Part shown: in pieces, positions 32,897 to 42,889 of the stretch | How positions within the stretch are numbered: the stretch's first letter is position 1 | Layout of the letters: each line of letters starts with the position of its first letter | Assembly: GCA_963827475.1 (NCBI GenBank) | Contig: CAWHAZ010000005.1 | Coordinates: 544,001 to 608,000, forward strand | DNA: 64,000 bases | Direction: 5' to 3' | DNA from: an uncultured Chloroflexia bacterium | GTDB taxonomy: Bacteria; Chloroflexota; Limnocylindria; QHBO01 | Position numbers and translations under genes: made by a program | Notes under the pieces: generated by a model | Seen by the model: the letters and a program-made list of their open reading frames with translations, nothing else | Told to the model about the DNA's origin: nothing | Databases searched by the model: none

Positions 32897-33677
32897 CGTG
32901 GTCGCCACCGTCTTCGGCAAGGAGTGGCGGGAGATCGCCTCCAACAAGCTCCTGCTCGGCGTCGTCGCCGCGCCGGCGGTGATCTTCGCCGCCATCCCGA
33001 CCGCGATCGTGGCCTTCATCCAGATCAACGACCTGGACATGAGCCAGCTCGGCCAGATCGAGGTCATGCTCGCCGCGTTCCCCGGCCTGCCGCCCAAGCT
33101 GGCGGCCCAGGGGTTCATCGTCACCAACTTCATGGCCTACTTCCTGCTCATCCCGGCCATGGTCCCGATCGCGATCGCGTCGCAGTCGGTCATCGGCGAG
33201 CGCCAGGCGCGGTCGCTCGAGCCGCAGCTGGCGACCCCGGTCGAGGTCTCCGAGCTCCTGGCCGGCAAGACGATCGCGGCCGCGGTGCCGGCCATCGCGG
33301 CCACGTGGGCGGTCTGGGTCGGCTACGGGCTCCTGAACGCGGCCATCGCCGACCCGCGCCTGCTGCGGATGGTGTTCAGCCCGCAGTGGATCGTGGCCAT
33401 GGCCACCCTCGTCCCGCTCATCTGCGTCCTGTCGGTGCTGCTCGGGGTCATCGTCAGCTCGCGGGTCGGCGACCCGCGGACGGCGCAGCAGTTCGGGGCG
33501 TTCGTCGTGCTGCCGATCATCGCCATCGCGGTCGCCCAGTTCCTCGGCGGGCAGGCGACGTTCACGATGACCCAGGTCCTCATTGGCGACCTGGTGGTCC
33601 TCGGCCTCATCGGGGCGCTGCTGGTCATCGGCTCATGGGCCTTTGACCGTGAGGAGATCCTCACCCGCCTCGGCTGA
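32886..33677 (+). CDS. ABC-2 transporter permease
   Basis: GERQARSLEPQLATP..ELLAGK, several TM helices. Confidence 0.88.
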   Translation: MRLDVVATVFGKEWREIASNKLLLGVVAAPAVIFAAIPTAIVAFIQINDLDMSQLGQIEVMLAAFPGLPPKLAAQGFIVTNFMAYFLLIPAMVPIAIASQSVIGERQARSLEPQLATPVEVSELLAGKTIAAAVPAIAATWAVWVGYGLLNAAIADPRLLRMVFSPQWIVAMATLVPLICVLSVLLGVIVSSRVGDPRTAQQFGAFVVLPIIAIAVAQFLGGQATFTMTQVLIGDLVVLGLIGALLVIGSWAFDREEILTRLG

Positions 33678-33820
33678 CGGCTCCAGACCGCCTCAGAACG
33701 CAGCACAATTCCCCCTTTTCGCACAGCCCGCGGGTCCCTAGACTGGCGCGGGCGACCCGCGCGGCAGGTGGGTTCCATCTCCCGCAGCGGGTCACCGGCA
33801 CGGGCGAAGGAGAGAGCCTG

Positions 33821-35335
33821 ATGACCACAGCGTCCGCGACTTCAGACGCGCCCAGCCTGGATCGGAACGCGGTCGGCGCGACCGGCGTGGCATTCCAATC
33901 CATCACCCACATGGCGCCGGCGGTTGCCACCGCGGCCTCGCTCGGCGCCGCCACCGTCTTTGCCGGCGCGATCACCCCACTGGCGGTCCTGTTCGCCATG
34001 GTCGCGGTCCTGTTCACCGCCTACTCGCTCGGGGAGCTGGCCCGCCACCTCCCCTCGGCTGGAGGCATGTACACCTACGTCGGCCGCGGCCTGGGATCGT
34101 TCTTCGGCTGGCTGATGGCCTGGGCATTCACCCTGGCCGAGCCCTTGGTCGCCCCGCTCCTGTTCGGCGGCTTCGGGTTCTTCGGGGCGATCTTCGTCGC
34201 GACCTACCTGGGCGTGGAGCTCACCGAGATGTGGGCCATCCTGGCCGTCGCCTGCGGCCTGTTGACCTGGTGGCTGCTGTACAGCGGCATCTCGTTCAGC
34301 ACGCGGGCCGGGGTCGTCCTGGGCACCATCGAGATCGCCATCTTCGTGGTCATCTCGACCCTGCTCATCATCAACGCCGGGTCGAACAACACGGTGGAGG
34401 TCTTCATTCCCGGCGCGGACGGCATCACGCCGGCCCTGCAGGGGATGGTCTTCTGCCTGCTGGCGTTCATCGGGTTCGAGGCGGCCGCGCCGCTGGGCGA
34501 GGAGGCGAAGGATCCCAAGCGAACCATCCCGAGGGCGGTCGTCTGGTCCGCCATCCTGGTTGGCGCGTTCTACGTCTTCAACATGTATGCCGCCACCGTG
34601 TACTTCGGTCCCGATCGCATGGCGAGCGAATTCCTCGGCTTCAACGCCGGCGATCCGTGGGGCGGGATGGCGGAGGAGGTTCTCCCGGTCATCGGTGGAT
34701 TCGCGGTCCTGTTCGCCATCCTGAACAGCTGCCTGGCCAACGCCAGCTCCGGCGCAACGGCGGCGACCCGATCGGTGTTCAACATGGGACGCGGCGGACT
34801 GCTGCCCCGCTTCCTGGGAGCGGTGCACCCGACCCGGCAGACGCCGGTGAACGCGGTGCACGTCCAGATGATCCTGGGCATCGCCCTCGTGCTCGTCCTC
34901 GGCTTCGTCCTGACCACCGATCCGTTCCCGGCCGGTCTGAACGTCTACGTCTTCCTGGGCACCCTGCTCGGGCTGCTGTTCGCCGGGATGTACATGGCCG
35001 TGAACCTGGCCTGCATCGGCTACTTCCTGCGTGAAGGGCGGGAGCACTTCAATCCGATCAAGCACCTGGTCGTCCCGATCATCGGCTTCATCGCGATGAT
35101 CCCGGCCCTGCTGTTCGTGATCGGCGGGGTGACCATCCCGCTCATCGATCTGGACGTTCCGTCTCTCGGCGGCGACCTCACCCTGGTGGCACCGATCGCG
35201 GGAGTCTGGATGCTGATCGGCATCGTCCTGTACTTCGTCATCCGTGCCATGCGCCCGCAGGCGATCAAGGATCTGGGAGCGGTGTACGGCGAGACGGACA
35301 CCCTGCCGGAGCCCGCGCCGGAGGCCGAGGCCTAG
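33821..35335 (+). CDS. APC family amino acid/amine permease
   Basis: PSAGGMYTY, AFIGFE, EEAKDPKRTIPRA, about 12 TM helices. Confidence 0.92.
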   Translation: MTTASATSDAPSLDRNAVGATGVAFQSITHMAPAVATAASLGAATVFAGAITPLAVLFAMVAVLFTAYSLGELARHLPSAGGMYTYVGRGLGSFFGWLMAWAFTLAEPLVAPLLFGGFGFFGAIFVATYLGVELTEMWAILAVACGLLTWWLLYSGISFSTRAGVVLGTIEIAIFVVISTLLIINAGSNNTVEVFIPGADGITPALQGMVFCLLAFIGFEAAAPLGEEAKDPKRTIPRAVVWSAILVGAFYVFNMYAATVYFGPDRMASEFLGFNAGDPWGGMAEEVLPVIGGFAVLFAILNSCLANASSGATAATRSVFNMGRGGLLPRFLGAVHPTRQTPVNAVHVQMILGIALVLVLGFVLTTDPFPAGLNVYVFLGTLLGLLFAGMYMAVNLACIGYFLREGREHFNPIKHLVVPIIGFIAMIPALLFVIGGVTIPLIDLDVPSLGGDLTLVAPIAGVWMLIGIVLYFVIRAMRPQAIKDLGAVYGETDTLPEPAPEAEA

Positions 35336-35414
35336 CGGGCCTGGCTCCCGACCAGCACGACCGATGGGCCGGCGCGCGACGCGCCGGCCCATTCACATCG
35401 GTAGCGCCGAGCGC

Positions 35415-36358
35415 CTAGTCGAAGATGTCCAACGGGCAGTGGGCGGTCACGACCCAGTTCGGGGCGTCGACGATCTCGCTGATCCGGAGATCCACCGCCA
35501 CGCTGCACAGCAGGTAGGCCTGGACCGGGCTCGAGGCCGTGCTCGCGGCCAAGCCACTCGATCATCCGCCGCGGTGGCATCCCGCGCGGCGGTCATGAGG
35601 TCCGGACCGATGCCATCGGTCGCGTAGCGCCGTCCCTGGCGCTCGGCGGCCCACGGGTCGGCCGCGGCCTCGAACTCCGGGCCGGTGAGGTGGAGGTCGT
35701 TGCGGGCGGTGACCCGGACGGTGGCCCGCATCGGCGTCTCGATCGCGGTCCCGCACACCTCGCCGTCGCCCTGGGTGGCGTGGCCGTCGCCCATCGACAG
35801 GTTGGCCCCGGCCACGAACACCGGCAGGTAGAGGGTCGTGCCCGCCACCAGGTGCCGGGTGTCCATGTTCCCGCCGTGGAGGTCGGGCGGGATGGTGGAC
35901 AGTGGCCCCGCCTTGGGTGCCACCCCCACCTCGCCGCAGAACGGGGCCAGCGGGACGCGGATGCCGGGCCAGTACTCGACCCGGTCCGCGCCGGCGGGCA
36001 GGGCGGTGACCTTGTAGAACGGGTCCGGGAACTCGTCGGCCAGCAGGCCAAAGCCGGGGATCGAGGCCGTCCAGCCCCAGTCCGCGGGCTGGAAGTCGAG
36101 CAGATCGACCTGGAGCGTCCCACCCGGCTCGGCGCCCTCCACCGCCACCGGCCCGTTGACCTGGTCGACGCGAGCGAAGTCCAGGGTCTCGATGTCCGCC
36201 GTGGTGGAGGTCGCGGTCAGCTGGCCGAACGAGGCGTCGAGGCAGTCGAGCTCGATCACGCTCCCCGATGCGACCGTGGCCACCGGCGCGATGGCCGGGT
36301 CCCAGGCGAGGTGGTTCTGGTCTCGACCGATGCGAAGGTCGGGGGTCGGCACGGGCAT
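35415..36358 (-). CDS. acetamidase/formamidase family protein; C-terminal frameshifts near 35520-35580
   Basis: GPVAVEGAEPG, GGNMD, GDGHATQGDGEVCGTAIE; tail AYLLCSVAVDLRISEIVDAPNW in a shifted frame. Confidence 0.9.
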
Positions 36359-36441
36359 CTGGGCTCTCCGCTGCGGTGCTCTCCGATGGTACGACCGCCC
36401 GAGCCCGATCGGCCACGCTTCGGGCTACACTCGGTCTCCGC

Positions 36442-36518
36442 GGTGGCCTTAGCTCAACTGGCAGAGCATCGGATTGTGGCTCCGAAGGTTACGGGTTCAA
36501 GCCCCGTAGGCCACCCCA
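36442..36518 (+). tRNA. trnH: tRNA-His (GTG)
   Basis: G-1 then GTGGCCT acceptor stem, TCGGA-TTGTGGC-TCCGA anticodon arm, GGTTCAAGCC T arm, encoded CCA. Confidence 0.97.
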
Positions 36519-36542
36519 TGATTCCGGTCCCGAGTCGCGAGA

Positions 36543-37073
<531 letters not shown>

Positions 37074-37107
37074 GCCCACACTTCCTTTCCGTACGCGCTA
37101 CGCTCTC

Positions 37108-37158
37108 GATTGTGGCTCCGAAGGTTACGGGTTCTAGCCTCGTAGGCCACCCCATGAT
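37108..37158 (+). repeat. att-like duplication of the tRNA-His 3' half
   Basis: GATTGTGGCTCCGAAGGTTACGGGTTCtAGCCtCGTAGGCCACCCCATGAT matches 36472-36522 at 49 of 51 positions. Confidence 0.93.
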
Positions 37159-37170
37159 CAGGAGGGTGTC

Positions 37171-37692
37171 ATGACCACCGAAGCGACCCCACCCGAGAGC
37201 CCGCCTCCGGCTCCACCGTCCGACTGGGCTGCCCCACCGCCGACGCAAGCCGGTCCGGCTGCGGGCCTCCGGTATGGCGGGTTCTGGGTCCGGTTCCTCG
37301 CCATCATCCTCGACGCCGTCGTGATCGGGGTGATCACCAGCGCCCTCGCCGTGTTCGCGCTCGGCGGAAACATGTTCGTGACCACGACCGAAGCCGGTGC
37401 CGTGGCGGTGAACTACACCACCAACGCGTTCGGCGCCCTCATCGGCCTGGTGTACTTCGTCGGCTTCTGGGGCTGGCGCGGGCAGACCCCGGGAATGATC
37501 CCGTTCGACATGCGGATCGTGATGGCCGACGACGGCAGCAAGCCGGACTGGGTGCGGATGCTGCTCCGCTACGTGGGTCTCCTGATCGGCATCGTCATCT
37601 TCTTCCTGGGCGTGATCTGGGCTGGCTTCGACCGGCGCAAGCAGGGCTGGCACGACAAGATGGCCGGCACGGTGGTCGTCCGCCCGACCTGA
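37171..37692 (+). CDS. RDD family membrane protein
   Basis: YGGFWVRFLAIILD, GQTPG, KQGWHDKMAGTVVV. Confidence 0.92.
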   Translation: MTTEATPPESPPPAPPSDWAAPPPTQAGPAAGLRYGGFWVRFLAIILDAVVIGVITSALAVFALGGNMFVTTTEAGAVAVNYTTNAFGALIGLVYFVGFWGWRGQTPGMIPFDMRIVMADDGSKPDWVRMLLRYVGLLIGIVIFFLGVIWAGFDRRKQGWHDKMAGTVVVRPT

Positions 37693-37838
37693 GGTCCCGG
37701 CGGGGCGAGCCGATGGTCCCGGCCAGATGGTCCCGGCCGGTGCCGGGACGACCGCGCTACTGACCCTCCTGACACGCCAACCTAGCCTTCGGGGTGAAGC
37801 CGCCGAGAACGGCGGCATTGCCCAGGGGTGCCTATCGC

Positions 37839-38745
37839 ATGCGTGTCCGGCCCGGAGTTGCCCGCCGACCGAACGTTCTCGCCCGAGCCGCCGGCCTGGC
37901 CACGACCGCCCTCGTCGGTGCCGCCCTGCTCGTCACCTCGAGCGCGGCTCCGGTCTCGGGCTGGAACCAAGGCGAGCGCAGAGGCGACCATGTGGCAGCT
38001 CCTGAACGGCGCGCGGGCCAACAACGGGCTCAACGTCCTCGTCCAGCACGGGACCCTGGTGTCCCTCGCCCGCTGGCGCAGCCAGGACCTGATCGACCGC
38101 AACTACTTCAGCCATACGATCCTGGGCACCGGCTACCAGGTCTACCACTGGTACGACACCAACGGCCTCAACTACAGCCTGGGCGGCGAGAACATCGCCT
38201 GGAACAGCGGCTACGCGGACGCTGACTCTCCGGTCGCGGCCCACAACGGGTTCATGAACTCGTCCGGCCACCGCGCCAACATCCTGCGGCCCGGGTGGAC
38301 CCACGGCGGAGTGGGCGCCTTCGCGAGGGATGGCGTCATGTTCCTCGGCTCGATGCGGAACCCGCGCACCTACACCCAGCTGTTCATGACCGCCTCCGGC
38401 GGTGGTGGGGGAGGCGGCGGCGGTGGCGGTGGTGGGGGAGGCGGCGGCGGTGGTGGTGGTGGGGGAGGCGGCGGCGTCGCGCGGCCGGTTGCGCTCCCGC
38501 CCTTGCCTCCGCGTGTCGTTCCGGCGCCCGTGCGACCGACCTCGTCCGCGCCGATCGACGGCCGCAGCCTGCTGGTGCACGCGACGGATGACGTTCCGCA
38601 GCGGTTCGCGGCCGGGCTGGATACCCGGACCGTGATGCCGCCACCGGCCGAGGCGCCGAGCCTCCGAGTCGCGGACGCCGGAGCGGCCGAGCGCGGCGTG
38701 TTCGAGACGTTCTTCGGCTCCCTGATCGGGTTCCTTTTCGGCTGA
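37839..38745 (+). CDS. secreted CAP/SCP domain protein with poly-Gly linker; frameshift near 37975
   Basis: signal peptide from ATG 37839; LLNGAR, YFSH, GENIA, FMNSSGHRANIL. Confidence 0.85.
38398..38475 (+). repeat. 26-Gly coding tract built of about three 27-bp units
   Basis: GGCGGTGGTGGGGGAGGCGGCGGCGGT repeated about 3 times. Confidence 0.9.
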
Positions 38746-38785
38746 CCCGCTCCCGGGTCCGTCCCCGGCCGTATCCTGTCGCCCG

Positions 38786-39532
38786 ATGACGGCCATTCTC
38801 GAGGCGCATGACCTCGTCAAGCGCTATGCGGTCGGCGACGAGCAGGTCGAGGCGCTCCGCGGCGTGAGCCTCGCCGTCGATCGCGGCGAGTTCCTGGCGA
38901 TCATGGGCGCCTCCGGATCGGGCAAGTCGACGCTCCTCCATCTGCTCGGTGGACTCGACAAGCCCAGCGGCGGCGACGTCGTCATCGACGGGGTCGACAT
39001 CAGCGCCCTCGACGACGAGCAGGCGACCCTCACCCGTCGCGACAAGACCGGGTTCGTGTTCCAGTTCTTCAACCTCATCCCGCTGCTCACGGTCCGCGAG
39101 AACGTGGCCCTTCCCTTCCTGATCGGCGGCGGCGCGGCCGCCGAGCACCAGGCCCGGGTGGACGAGCTGCTCGACATGGTCGGACTGGTGGCGAAGGCCG
39201 AGCACGCCCCGGACCAGCTCTCCGCCGGCGAGCAGCAGCGGGTCGCGCTGGCCCGCGCGCTCGCCACCCAGCCGGCGCTGCTCCTGGCCGATGAGCCGAC
39301 CGGCAACCTGGACTACACGACCGGCGGGGAGATCCTCGAGCTCCTCTCGCGCTCCTGCGTCCAGCTGGGTCAGACCATCGTGCTCGTGACCCACGAGGCG
39401 CGCGCAGCCGCCTACGCCGATCGGGTGCTCGTCGTCCGCGACGGGCTGATCCTCGACGAGATCCATCTCGGCCGGCGCGAGGACCACGACCCGGCCCCGC
39501 TCCTGGCGCGGCTCGCCACCCTCGGGCTCTGA
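38786..39532 (+). CDS. LolD/MacB-type ABC ATP-binding protein
   Basis: GASGSGKST, GFVFQFFNLIP, LSAGEQQRV, ADEPTGNLD. Confidence 0.95.
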   Translation: MTAILEAHDLVKRYAVGDEQVEALRGVSLAVDRGEFLAIMGASGSGKSTLLHLLGGLDKPSGGDVVIDGVDISALDDEQATLTRRDKTGFVFQFFNLIPLLTVRENVALPFLIGGGAAAEHQARVDELLDMVGLVAKAEHAPDQLSAGEQQRVALARALATQPALLLADEPTGNLDYTTGGEILELLSRSCVQLGQTIVLVTHEARAAAYADRVLVVRDGLILDEIHLGRREDHDPAPLLARLATLGL

Positions 39533-39548
39533 GCGGCACCCCGTCCGT

Positions 39549-42083
39549 ATGCGCCTGTCGTCCGTCGCCTGGAGGAGCCTGACCGCTCGACCGGCCCGGA
39601 CCCTGCTCACCGTTGGCGGCGTCGCGCTCGGCGTCGCGCTGGTGGCCGGCACCCTGCTCGCCGCGGACGCCGCGACGCGTGCGGTCAGCCGCGCGGCCGA
39701 AGAGCTCTTCGGCGCGGCCGACCTCCGCGTCCGGGCGTTCGACGATGACGGCCTGAGCGACGCGTCGGTCACCGCCGTCCGGTCCCTGTCCGGGGTCACC
39801 GTCAGCGCGACCCTGGCGGAGCGGCGCCTCACCCTGTCGACCCAGCCGGGACCGGACGAGCAGGTCTTCACCCTGCTCGCGGTGGGCGTGGACCCGCCGG
39901 CCGAGGCCGCGCTCGACCGGCCGACGCTCACCGCCGGGACGGCGCTCAGCGCGGAGCAGCCGGACGGCGCCCTGGTCAGCGCCGGCTGGGCGACCGATCA
40001 CGCGCTGGGCATCGGTGACGAGCTGCTGCTGACCGGCGCCAGCCTCGAGACCCCGCCGCTGACGATCATCGGTCTGCTGGCGGACACCGGGGTGGGGGCC
40101 CAGTCGGGCGGCAACGTGATCGTGCTCGGCCACGAGACGCTGAACGCCGCCTTCGAGGTCCCCACGCCGGTGACGGCCATGGATCTGGCGGTGGCCGAGG
40201 GTCGGATGGAGGACGTCCAGGCCGGCCTCGACCGGGTCATGCGCGAGCCGTTCGTGGTCGAAACCGTCGCGGACGCGGCGGCCGCCTTCGAGCGGGCGCA
40301 GGCGGGATTCGCGGGGATTGCCTTCCTGCTCGGGCTGGTGGCCCTGAGCGCTGGCGCGTTCCTGGTCGCCAACACGCTGGCCATGACCCTGTCGGAGCGC
40401 AGCCGCGAGGTCGGCCTGCTGCGCGCCGCGGGGGCGACCGGCGGGCAGGTCCGCGGCCTCGTGCTGCGCCAGGGCCTGGCCCTGGGCCTCGCCGGCGCCG
40501 CGCTCGGCGTCCCGCTCGGGGTTGGCGTCGGGGCGGTGCTCGTCACCGCGGTCAGCGGCTCCCGGGCGGCGCTGGTCAGCGACATCGGCCTCAACCCCGC
40601 CGCCCTGGCCCTTGCCTTCGGCCTCGGCCTGGGGGTCACGCTGCTCGCGTCGTGGGTTCCCGCGGTCGAGGCCGCGCGGATCAGCCCGCTCGAGGCTCTC
40701 CGCCCCGGCCGGCCACGCGGCCGCAGCCTGTGGGGCCGCCTGCGCTGGATCGTGCTCGCCGAGCTCGTGGTGGTGGCGGCCGGCTTCCTGCTCTACCCGC
40801 TGGAGCGGGGAACGCCGCCGTTGGTGGCCACCATCCTCGCCGTCGGCCTCCTCGTCGGCGGCGCGGTGGCCACCGCCTTCATCCTCGAGCCGCTCGGCCG
40901 GATCGTCGGCGCGCCGTTCGAGCGGCTGTTCGGCGCCACCGGGCTGCTCGGCAGCGCCAACCTCGGCCGCGACCGGGCACGCACCGGCCTCAGCGTGGCG
41001 GCGCTGACCATCGCCCTGGCCGCGGTCGTGACCCTCGGCACCACCGCCGCCTCCGCGCGCGGGACGGCGGACCGATGGGTCCAGTCCATCCTGCCCGGCG
41101 GCCACGCCATCCGGCTGCCGGTGCCCTCGTCGATCGACATCGTCGGCGAGGCGATCGTCAGCACGCCGGGCACCCTGGCCGCCAGTCCCGTGCCCGAGTT
41201 CGGCGCGGCCGCGACCAGCGCGGGCCTGGACGGCGAAGCCAGCGTGGCGGGAATCGATCCCACCATCTGGCAGGACGCCGGGGCGCTGATCATCGTGAAC
41301 GCCGAGCGAGCGGCCGCGTTCGACGCCCTGCGCGCCGGTGGCGCGGTCCTCGTCCCCGAATCCCTCGCCAGTCGGACGGGACTGGCGCCCGGTGACCGCA
41401 TCCAGCTCGCCGTGCCCGGCGGCGCCTCGGCGGAGTTCACCGTCGCCGGCCTGGTCGCCTACTCCCTGCCGGGTCGGTCCGGGGACGGGGCCCTGCTGAT
41501 CAGCCTGACCGAGGCACGGGCCATCTTCGGGGTGGATGTCGCCACCATCTGGGCGATGGTCCCCCAGCCGGAGATCGGCGACGACGCGTACGCGGAGCTC
41601 GTGGCGGAGACGGCGACGGAGCTGGCCGGGGAGGCGCTCACCGCGGAGGCCCTCGCCGAGCAGCTCGCCCGCTCGCTGGACCGGCTGCTCGGTCTGTTCG
41701 ACGCGCTCGCCCTGCTGGCGGTGGTCATCGGCGCGGTGGGGATCGTCAATACCCTGACCCTGGGCGTCACCGAGCGCACCCGGGAGATCGCGGTCCTCCG
41801 CGCCCACGGCATGACCGTCGGCCAGGTGGAGGGCATGGTCGTGACCGAGGCCGCGATCATGGGCACCGTCGGCGGGCTGCTGGCCGTCGCGGCCGGGGTC
41901 GCCGTCACCGGCCTGCTGGTCGCCCTCGCGCCGCGCGATTTCGCCGCGGGGCTGGTCATCCCCTGGCCGCTGATCGGCGCCGTGATCCTCCTCGGCCTGG
42001 GGGTCGCGTCCGTGGCCGGGCTGTACCCGGCCCGCCTGGCGGGCAGGCGCCCGGTCCTCGCCAGCCTGAAGCACTTCGAATAG
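39549..42083 (+). CDS. FtsX-like ABC permease (duplicated MacB-type)
   Basis: two ER.RE...LRA.G motifs and two extracytoplasmic domains. Confidence 0.9.
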   Translation: MRLSSVAWRSLTARPARTLLTVGGVALGVALVAGTLLAADAATRAVSRAAEELFGAADLRVRAFDDDGLSDASVTAVRSLSGVTVSATLAERRLTLSTQPGPDEQVFTLLAVGVDPPAEAALDRPTLTAGTALSAEQPDGALVSAGWATDHALGIGDELLLTGASLETPPLTIIGLLADTGVGAQSGGNVIVLGHETLNAAFEVPTPVTAMDLAVAEGRMEDVQAGLDRVMREPFVVETVADAAAAFERAQAGFAGIAFLLGLVALSAGAFLVANTLAMTLSERSREVGLLRAAGATGGQVRGLVLRQGLALGLAGAALGVPLGVGVGAVLVTAVSGSRAALVSDIGLNPAALALAFGLGLGVTLLASWVPAVEAARISPLEALRPGRPRGRSLWGRLRWIVLAELVVVAAGFLLYPLERGTPPLVATILAVGLLVGGAVATAFILEPLGRIVGAPFERLFGATGLLGSANLGRDRARTGLSVAALTIALAAVVTLGTTAASARGTADRWVQSILPGGHAIRLPVPSSIDIVGEAIVSTPGTLAASPVPEFGAAATSAGLDGEASVAGIDPTIWQDAGALIIVNAERAAAFDALRAGGAVLVPESLASRTGLAPGDRIQLAVPGGASAEFTVAGLVAYSLPGRSGDGALLISLTEARAIFGVDVATIWAMVPQPEIGDDAYAELVAETATELAGEALTAEALAEQLARSLDRLLGLFDALALLAVVIGAVGIVNTLTLGVTERTREIAVLRAHGMTVGQVEGMVVTEAAIMGTVGGLLAVAAGVAVTGLLVALAPRDFAAGLVIPWPLIGAVILLGLGVASVAGLYPARLAGRRPVLASLKHFE

Positions 42084-42121
42084 ACCGATGGCGGAAGCGG
42101 ACCGATGATCGAGCGGGACCG

Positions 42122-42550
42122 ATGACCGAGCGCACCTGGGAGGCGACGCCCGGTCGGGAATTCGTCGGTCGTCTCGAGAAGGGGAGTGACCTCGTCGCCG
42201 AGCTGGAGCGGATCTGCGCCGAGCGGGACGTGTCAGCCGCGTGGGTCAGCGTCATCGGCGCGGTCAGCCATGCGGCCTACGCCTACTACCACCAGACCGA
42301 CCATCGGTATCTCGAGCTCGCCTCCGACACCCACCACGAGATCGTCGGCTTCATCGGCAACGTCAGCCTCCGCGACGGGAAGCCGTTCCTCCACGCCCAC
42401 GCGACCTTCGCCGACGAGCACGGCGCGTGCGTCGGCGGTCACCTGCTGCGCGGGATCACCGTGTTCGTGGCCGAGTTCACGATCCGCGAGCTGACCGGCG
42501 TCGAGCTGGTCCGGACCTTCGACGAGGAGTTCGGCCTGGCCCTGTGGTGA
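42122..42550 (+). CDS. PPC/DUF296 domain protein
   Basis: IGAV, GNVS, HAHATF, GGHL. Confidence 0.9.
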   Translation: MTERTWEATPGREFVGRLEKGSDLVAELERICAERDVSAAWVSVIGAVSHAAYAYYHQTDHRYLELASDTHHEIVGFIGNVSLRDGKPFLHAHATFADEHGACVGGHLLRGITVFVAEFTIRELTGVELVRTFDEEFGLALW

Positions 42551-42575
42551 GGGGCCGCGGCTACAATCGGCGCCG

Positions 42576-42651
42576 GCGCCGGTAGCTCAGTGGATAGAGC
42601 GGGTGGCTTCGGACCACCAGGCCGCGGGTTCGAATCCTGCCCGGCGCGCCA
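42576..42651 (+). tRNA. trnR: tRNA-Arg (TCG)
   Basis: GCGCCGG acceptor stem, TAGCTCAGTGGATAGAGC D arm, GGTGG-CTTCGGA-CCACC anticodon arm, GGTTCGAATCC, CCA. Confidence 0.95.
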
Positions 42652-42680
42652 CCCTCCGCTGAATTCGGGCGACGTCGGCG

Positions 42681-42800
42681 TCAGCCGCCGCTGATCGTGG
42701 GCAGGACCCAGGTCAGGGCCACCCAGATGGCGCAGATCCATCCGAGCGCGGAGACGCCGAGGATCCCGAACCAGGCCGCTCGCTCGAATCGGTCGCTCAT
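42681..42800 (-). CDS. small single-TM protein (39 aa), below the ORF-track cutoff
   Basis: MSDRFERAAWFGILGVSALGWICAIWVALTWVLPTISGG*; GC3-rich codons. Confidence 0.55.
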   Translation of the reverse strand: MSDRFERAAWFGILGVSALGWICAIWVALTWVLPTISGG

Positions 42801-42889
42801 GACCATCCGAGCCTAGGGAGCGCGACCGCGCGCGGACGACCCGCCATTTCGTACCGGGCGGTCCTGGTCGTCGGGGCCGCGGGCGAGCC

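Noticed and set aside
37108-37158. Second tRNA-His gene
   Set aside because: Lacks the 5' acceptor strand and D arm and has two T-arm substitutions; treated as an att repeat
37786-37830. CCTTCGGGGTGAAGCCGCC segment resembling the middle of a c-di-AMP (ydaO) riboswitch
   Set aside because: The flanking conserved elements (GGAACGGGGGA upstream, CCCG.CAGCT downstream) are absent
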